A DNA stretch of 64,000 nt, from contig NIVC01000312.1 in NCBI GenBank assembly GCA_002269645.1, positions 470,459 to 534,458 on the forward strand, given 5' to 3'. A program made the position numbers and the translations under genes. Every line of letters begins with the position of its first letter. The stretch's first letter is position 1. Below are positions 57,861 to 64,000 of this stretch, piece by piece. Source of the DNA: Macrostomum lignano. Lineage: Eukaryota. A model generated the notes under the pieces. It ran no database searches. It worked only from the letters and a program-made list of their open reading frames with translations, and was not told where the DNA came from.

Positions 57861-59029
57861 TATTGCTTTTTTGCTTCGAGAGTTTGTTTTACTAGACTTC
57901 TCTGCGATCGTCGAAAACTTGATTCGGCAGCCTCAAGCCTCTCTCTTTTATCGAGCTAGATATTCTTGAAATTCTTGAAATATTCCAATTTGAAAGTTTT
58001 CAAGTTAAAATTTTTATTGTAATTTTAACTTTCAGTTCGCATGGATTTAAAATGAATTCAATTAATTGGAATTTAAACTTGAATTCCATTCCTAGACATA
58101 GTTTCACTTGAATTTTTTATCGACAGCAAACATTTGCAACTTCGGAATAATTATCTCATTCATTTTATTTTTATCTGTAAACTGCTTACGCAAAAAAATT
58201 TGATAACTAAGTATTATGTCATCGTTATTAAGAAAAGGCATTCCGATGAAAAAATGCCTTAATTACGGCATTGATGCCTTAATGGCAGAAGTAGCAGATG
58301 ACACTAGCTTGTACAAGACATAGTACTTGCGCTTGTTTTAGCAACAAATTTTCTTGAGCTTTTTGGCAATGAAAGATAATTTAGCCAGCCCATAGTTGAA
58401 GCATGAAGTGGAAATTCTATTTCAAAATTATGCTAATTGAAGTGCTGAAGATTTCTTTAGCTACTAGGGCCCGTGCACTGCCACCTAAGCAAGTGGTAGC
58501 TCGTATCGGTTTGGTAATGGGTTACAGATCAGCTGTTTCTCAAGATACAAAACAGATTTACCCTACAATAAATTTTAGCTTAAAAACCCTGTAGGCTGTA
58601 AATAACTTTCAAAGATTGAATGAAGAATTCAGCTTGCAAAGATGGAAGGAGAAAGGCCTTCCAGGCGCAGGAGGTACTTTGCTGTCGACTAAGCCCCGAG
58701 TGCTCGTCTGTCTTCGCAGGCTACTCAGCTGCACCTCCTGCACCGGCTGTGAGCAGAAAGTCTCCAGAGCAGGCGTAAGGGCCACTAGCAGTAAATATCG
58801 CGGTGTATCGTCAACCCCGTAGAAAAGGTGTATCGAATCAAGGTCCTGCGCATATGCGAATGCGTTACAGCCACTTGGGCTACTAAGTCGTATACTGTTG
58901 AGGTTGAGGGTCGACGTATTTTGCACGACATCAAACTGACCTCGAAATTTTTTTCGGCGTAACGATGTCGTAATTGGGACTTCTTTTCGTTTTTTTTTTT
59001 TGCCTTTTCGACTTAGTTTTGACCTAAAT

Positions 59030-59375
59030 TCAATTCTTGACTTCCTTGACTCAGCTGCATGGGATTCCGGGCATCCAGATTTAGCGAGGAAGCGTTGCCG
59101 CCTATTTCGCTAACCCATAGCGTCATAGCGATCACAGGCAGCGAGTGCTGCGGTGTCGCGCAGGGAGTTCCGGTGGTGCCGGTGTCCGCAGCGCGGTCCC
59201 CCTCCGGAGAGCCCAAGAGGTGAATGGACGCTCGCACGGTAGCCCTCAGGGTTACGAGCTGGCAGAGATTCTCGGGCCTGAAAACTTTGGAGAGGTCCGG
59301 GTTTGGGCCGAGGTAGACGAGTGAAGGCAGGGCATTCATAGATGAAGTGCTCCGCATTCTCGCCACCGGAGAGCT
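59030..59375 (-). mobile_element. 3' end of a diverged LOA/R1-like LINE relative
   Basis: [13 protein letters not shown]...YLGPNP...LRAT.RAS, with tail cagctgagtcaaggaagtcaag resembling the tail at 12775-12800. Confidence 0.75.
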
Positions 59376-59599
59376 GCAAAATGGGCGTTCCTCACTGCGG
59401 ATTTTTCCCCTGGAGGTGGCGATGCCTGGCAAAACAGCTATGACCCGAGAGAGCCATGGTCACCGCCCTGAAGTCCTTTCGGTTGAGTCCCTGGTGGAGA
59501 AAGGACAGGGGGCAGCCACGTGGGATTTTCTGCAGTCAGGCGTTAGTCGAGCGTTAGTCCACCTCTCTCTGTGCTTTGAAGCAATCCACTGGTTGATCA

Positions 59600-60290
59600 G
59601 ACTCGAATGTGCAGAACAAGGTGAGTCGACTGGCTGACGAGGGGAAGCGCATGGGGCTCCACATCAACTACGGCGAGACAGAGGTGCTGCATGTTGGCAT
59701 TGCCAACTCTCCACCGCTGCTTCTACCGGACGGCAACACCATCGCCCCGTGCAATCAGTTCAAATATCTGGGCCACTGACCCGGATGCCATTGTCAACAA
59801 CCGCAAGCAGCTCGCGTGGCGAGCCTCCCACCTTCTCCGCCCCATCTTCAACTGCCGGCTCGCCACCGACAGCCTGAAAGTCGGCCTATTTCGCTCGGCA
59901 GTTGAGACGGTGCTGACGAACGGGCTGGAAGCCGTCCCCATGACTGCCACTCGTGAGGCGAACTTGGAGGCCTGCCATTGCCAGTTCCTGCGCATTGCAC
60001 TAGGCATCCGGTGAACAACTCTGCAAAAGCGACGCCAGATGTTGATCGACCACTGCCTGCGTGGCCACACACGGGGCACTGGGCCCTCGCTCGCCGACCT
60101 ACTGCTCAGCCCGCCTTGTGGAAGACAAGGCAAGGCAAGACAAGCCGGGGGCCACGCTCGCTGCACCACTCTGACTGACACTTTTCTCTCGGACTTGCAG
60201 GCTATGGGCCTTACTCTCAGTCTGCAGCTAGGCTGGACTCAGCTGTTTGCCGCCAGCGGGTGCTTCGATGAACCTGGACTAGCGCCTGTT
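59600..60290 (+). mobile_element. RTE-clade LINE fragment (late RT + C-terminal region), degenerate
   Basis: [16 protein letters not shown]...FKYLG; AWRASHLLRPIF...KVGLFRSAVETVL..G.E....T...E..L......LRIALG; stops and frameshifts present. Confidence 0.8.
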
Positions 60291-60799
60291 TAATATAGCT
60301 TTTTGCAAGCCATTTGAAATTAGGAGCAAGCAATTTAATAATCAGTGGGGAAACCCAGCGCTGAATGATAGATTTCACTGTACTCTATGGTCCAAACCAT
60401 GGCTTTGGAGCAACCAATTTAATAATCCTTAAACACCACACCCCAAGGATAGGAAGGCGGACGCAAGCGTTTGCGAAAATATAGTAGCGTGACAGTTCGA
60501 AAAGACACGACGGTCCAAATTCCGAAAAAGGTGGAAGAAAATGAAGACGAGGGGGTGCGCAGGGTGGCTGGGGGATACGCTTGCAAACAAAGAGTAAAAT
60601 AGACAGACATAAAAACAGTACTCACTCAATAAAACAACAGTCATCATTGCAAACAAACGAAAAAAATAAAAGGAAGAAATCAGAAACGCACGAGTTGAGA
60701 AAAAGAAAAGTCTGTGCATTTGAGTTCAAGCCAGCAAAAAAGAGAGCAGACGACAAACCAACTGCTTCCAGGATTAAGGTAAAAGGAATAATTACAGGC

Positions 60800-62230
60800 A
60801 TTGAGACAGTTTGCTAGCAGCCGCCAGCTGGAGGTCGAAGCCGTTCTCCAGCCCCAGGTACACCTAAACCGCCGAGCTCCGCCAGTAGCCAAGGGCCTTG
60901 ACGACCGGCAGCGGCACATTGGCGCGGAACGCCAGCGAGGCACCGCTGCGTCGAAGGCTGTGAGGAGACAGACCGGTCTGCCAGGCCGGCACGGTGGACG
61001 ACGTGGCGAAACAGGCAACAGAACCGGGTGCCGGTCAGAAGCGTCAGGCTGCTTCGGTAGGCGAAGAGGTGGGCAGCAGCGGCGCGGTCGGGCTGTTTGA
61101 TGCGCAGGTGGTGAAGCAGCGCTGCCACCGGACAGAGCGGATGCTGCGCCGCGTGCCGGAGTCGCGGCAGGACCACGCGGTGCACTCACTGGCAGAACTG
61201 ATTTGTCTTGGAGCGCCAAATGTGCAGGAAGGCCAGATCCGGTGATACTTGCATGTCGTCGCAGGTGACCGCCTCGCCAGCTGGTGGGAACGGCATCAGA
61301 CAGCACAGGTTAACGCGGCGCGGGAGGCCCCAGAATCCGCCCAGGACCGCCGCCCAGAAGGCTGCATCTTGAGGCTGCTGCAGACGCAGGGTTCCTCGCA
61401 TTTTGAGGAGGTCACTCTGAGTGATGCGCACCTTGCGTGCGGGCGGCTTGGCGAGTTTGGCGATGAGCTCTTATTGCTGGCGCTGACTGCGGCTGAATGC
61501 AGGGCCGTGAGCCTTGATGTGCAGCGGCTCGATCTCGGTCGAGTCGCGGCGCCAGCCCATGATAGCCAGCTGGTTGTGTCTGGGCGCGGATGATGCCGCA
61601 GCCGCTCCAGTTCGACGCGTCGGACTCGATGGCCCAGCTGGGCCCGGTGGGACGCCAGATTTTGCAGATCTTGGGGTCGTATATGATGGTTTCCGGAGTA
61701 AGTGACGGTGGCATCGAGAAGCTATCAACGGAATCGGACTACCAGATTTTTGGTCAATATCGTTGGTAAAGACAAACTGGGGCGTAACTGGGCTGCCCGT
61801 CCACGATTCCACTTCGAGGACAACCAAGGAGAAGGAAGGGAAGACACTGAGGCTTTTTGATTTAGCTAACTCTTGAGAATGACCTAGCTCCGTGTAACTT
61901 GCAAACGGAAAAATCTATGATAGTTATCAGTCTTCTGGTTTTATCAAAAAATTCGCATCTCAGCAGTAGTTTAAACAGCAGCAGCAGCAGAGTACGCTGC
62001 CGGATCGCAAAAGCAACGTCAGATGGCACGCTTCGAAGCTTGGGCGCGAACAAAGGCCGCACCGCCGGCAGAGTCCGGGGCGCCGGCGTCAGCCAGCAGA
62101 CAGTCGACGTAGCGCCGTGTCCTCGCTTGTCCCCCGGTAGGGTGCCTGCAACGTAAGTAGCAGCACCTCCTGCACCGGCTCCGGACAGTAGGCCTCGGCG
62201 CGGATGACGCCGAATTGTCATCCGAAGTTG
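60800..62230 (-). mobile_element. DIRS/Ngaro-type remnant with tyrosine recombinase, an RNase H fragment and possible gag
   Basis: DAAFWAAVLGGFWG...HIWRSKTNQF; LCPVAALLHHL...LF; SPHSLRRSGASLAF...ALGYWRSSAV*VYL (HxxR, GxW, catalytic Y); IESDAS. Frameshifts and an in-frame stop present. Confidence 0.85.
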
Positions 62231-62654
62231 TTTAAGTAGTTTAAAACAACAATAAAAACGTCTAAAACAATATACACTTATCTACCAGAGCGTTGTAGAG
62301 TATCATAAAATGCTACTGCGAGTAGACTAATGTGAACGGCGTAGCAAAACTACGAGCGTATGATGGAAGATGAATCATGTTGCGACTTAAGATGAAAGAT
62401 GAGTTATTTTACAACTTATGATGAAATATGAGTCATGTTACTAATAACATATCAAAAATTGTCTATAAATACAAACCAAAAATCCGAGCTGAAATCTCAG
62501 ACTCAGAGCAGCCTCAAAAGATCTTGTGCTTTGCCAGAGCAACTAATCGAGGCTATATCTCTGAGAGATAATATTATCAATTGATAAGCGTTGTTCAAGT
62601 CTTTGTTATTTCGATTAATTGAGAGCGATTTTATTGCCGGTTGTTATTGTCCAA

Positions 62655-62800
62655 TTTGACTTCTGCACTCGAGGAATAATTGACTTCTGCACTCGAGGAA
62701 TACATTGACTTCTGCACTCGAGAATAAATTGACTTCTGCACTCGAGGAATACATTGACTTCTGCACTCGAGGAATACATTGACTTCTGCACTCGAGGAAT
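62655..62800. repeat. ~25-bp repeat TTGACTTCTGCACTCGAGGAATA(C)A (~6 units)
   Basis: Directly visible. Confidence 0.9.
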
Positions 62801-63197
62801 ACTTCGACGGAGTGTTACACTCTCACATTCGGCCGATTTTGGACTTCAAGGACTTCAAGAGGACTACTCCGGAGGAAGCGGACTTAAGAAGATGAGCTCA
62901 GTAGACACGCGCGACAAAGAAGAGGAGCCCGCAACAGTAAGTGATCACTGATTTTGTTCCCAGGCTTACGTGTCTGGAAGTGGGAGTTTTCGGGTGACTG
63001 ATCACCACCCGACCAAACTCTTCAGCGTGTTTAAACTCGTCTAAGCTTTTAAGCTTCCAAATTATAGATAAAAATCTGTTGTCTGTGCTTTATCCTCATA
63101 AAATTGCGCGAAGGGTCTACGATTGAGGTGCAACAGAATCTATAGGACTGTGCTCTATTGGAAAAATGTTTTGTTTGCATTGTAATTTGATGTAGCC

Positions 63198-63463
63198 CAG
63201 GAGCAGGCAAACTTTTTTTAACTTAAGGGACATACATAAAATCTAGCGCATGTCTGCGGCCCAGAGAGAGAAGTTTTGAGAAGAGGGGAGAGGAAAGGAG
63301 AGAGGAGGGGAGAGAGGAGGCGAGAGAGGAGAGCTGAGAAGAGACCACTACAACAGGCCGCATTGATTATTGTGAAGTTGTGAAGTTTCAATGGATCCGA
63401 GGGCCGGATAGAGAGGCTTCGTGGAGTGCATGTGGCCCACTAGCCGGAGTTTTGCGACCCCTG
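63198..63463 (+). mobile_element. hAT (Charlie-like) MITE, 266 bp, 8-bp TSD
   Basis: ATGTAGCC|CAGGAGCAGGCAAAC...GAGTTTTGCGACCCCTG|ATGTAGAC, with an internal GA-rich tract; same family as 31886-32370. Confidence 0.8.
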
Positions 63464-64000
63464 ATGTAGACGGTGCGGAGGGCAAGGTGGTAAATTGGCC
63501 GAGGATTTATTAGCCAATAAGTTTGAACTGTCTGGCCAATTACAATAAAAATGAAAATGTATTTGAATTGAGCAAAAATTAGAATCAGAATTCAGAATTT
63601 GCACGCAGCGGTTTTTTATTTGCTGCGCCAAATAAAAAAGAAAATTCAAGCGGCTTAGATGAATAGCTGCAGTCAGTCTCCTATGGCTCGTATTAGCCAA
63701 AATTTATCACTTTGTTTTCCCCAGTTAAAAGCCACAGTGGAATTTAGATGCTGCATTCTTCCACGAGCCTGGGCAGAGGTGCTCCTCCCAACTTCTGTTG
63801 AAGGTCTCCAGCCATCTCTCAAGACACTGATCTGGCAGGTTTTTATGAAGCGCACTTCGATACCCTCCACAACGCCTTCATGTCCGTGGCCATTTGTTCG
63901 AGAGCGTCGTTTAGCTCTTCCTTGACGAACGCACGCTAAATTCGGCTGCTTCGTTGTAGTCACTGAGACCCTTGGCCACCCGCCCTCGAAGCATCCTATC

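Noticed and set aside
62754-63963. Short ORFs and a possible donor (ACA|gtaagt near 62936) at the window end
   Set aside because: No consistent exon chain or recognisable product could be built.

Overview
Repeat-rich animal (metazoan) genomic DNA with GT-AG introns and GC-rich exons. The style is reminiscent of the flatworm Macrostomum, but that is inference only. I assembled these spliced genes by hand with consistent intron phases: an Msxlx-like homeobox gene, a DEG/ENaC channel, an otopetrin proton channel, a MATCAP/KIAA0895-family metallocarboxypeptidase, an OATP/SLCO transporter, two secreted tandem-WSC-domain genes, and two orphan genes. Most larger introns of the otopetrin, MATCAP and OATP genes hold their own micro- or minisatellite. 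Mobile elements include three copies of a LOA/R1-like LINE with RNase H, two RTE LINE fragments, two DIRS/Ngaro-type remnants, two tRNA-derived SINE families, and hAT and Tc1/mariner-type MITEs. The standout observation is a 5'-truncated LINE (10568-12800) inserted into the last ENaC exon and flanked by an apparently identical 565-bp direct duplication, which rebuilds an intact splice acceptor and exon downstream of the element. About 4 kb away, an RTE fragment with a normal 11-bp target-site duplication (TSD) splits a coding exon of the convergent otopetrin gene. All alignments and coordinates were read by eye; no searches were run.
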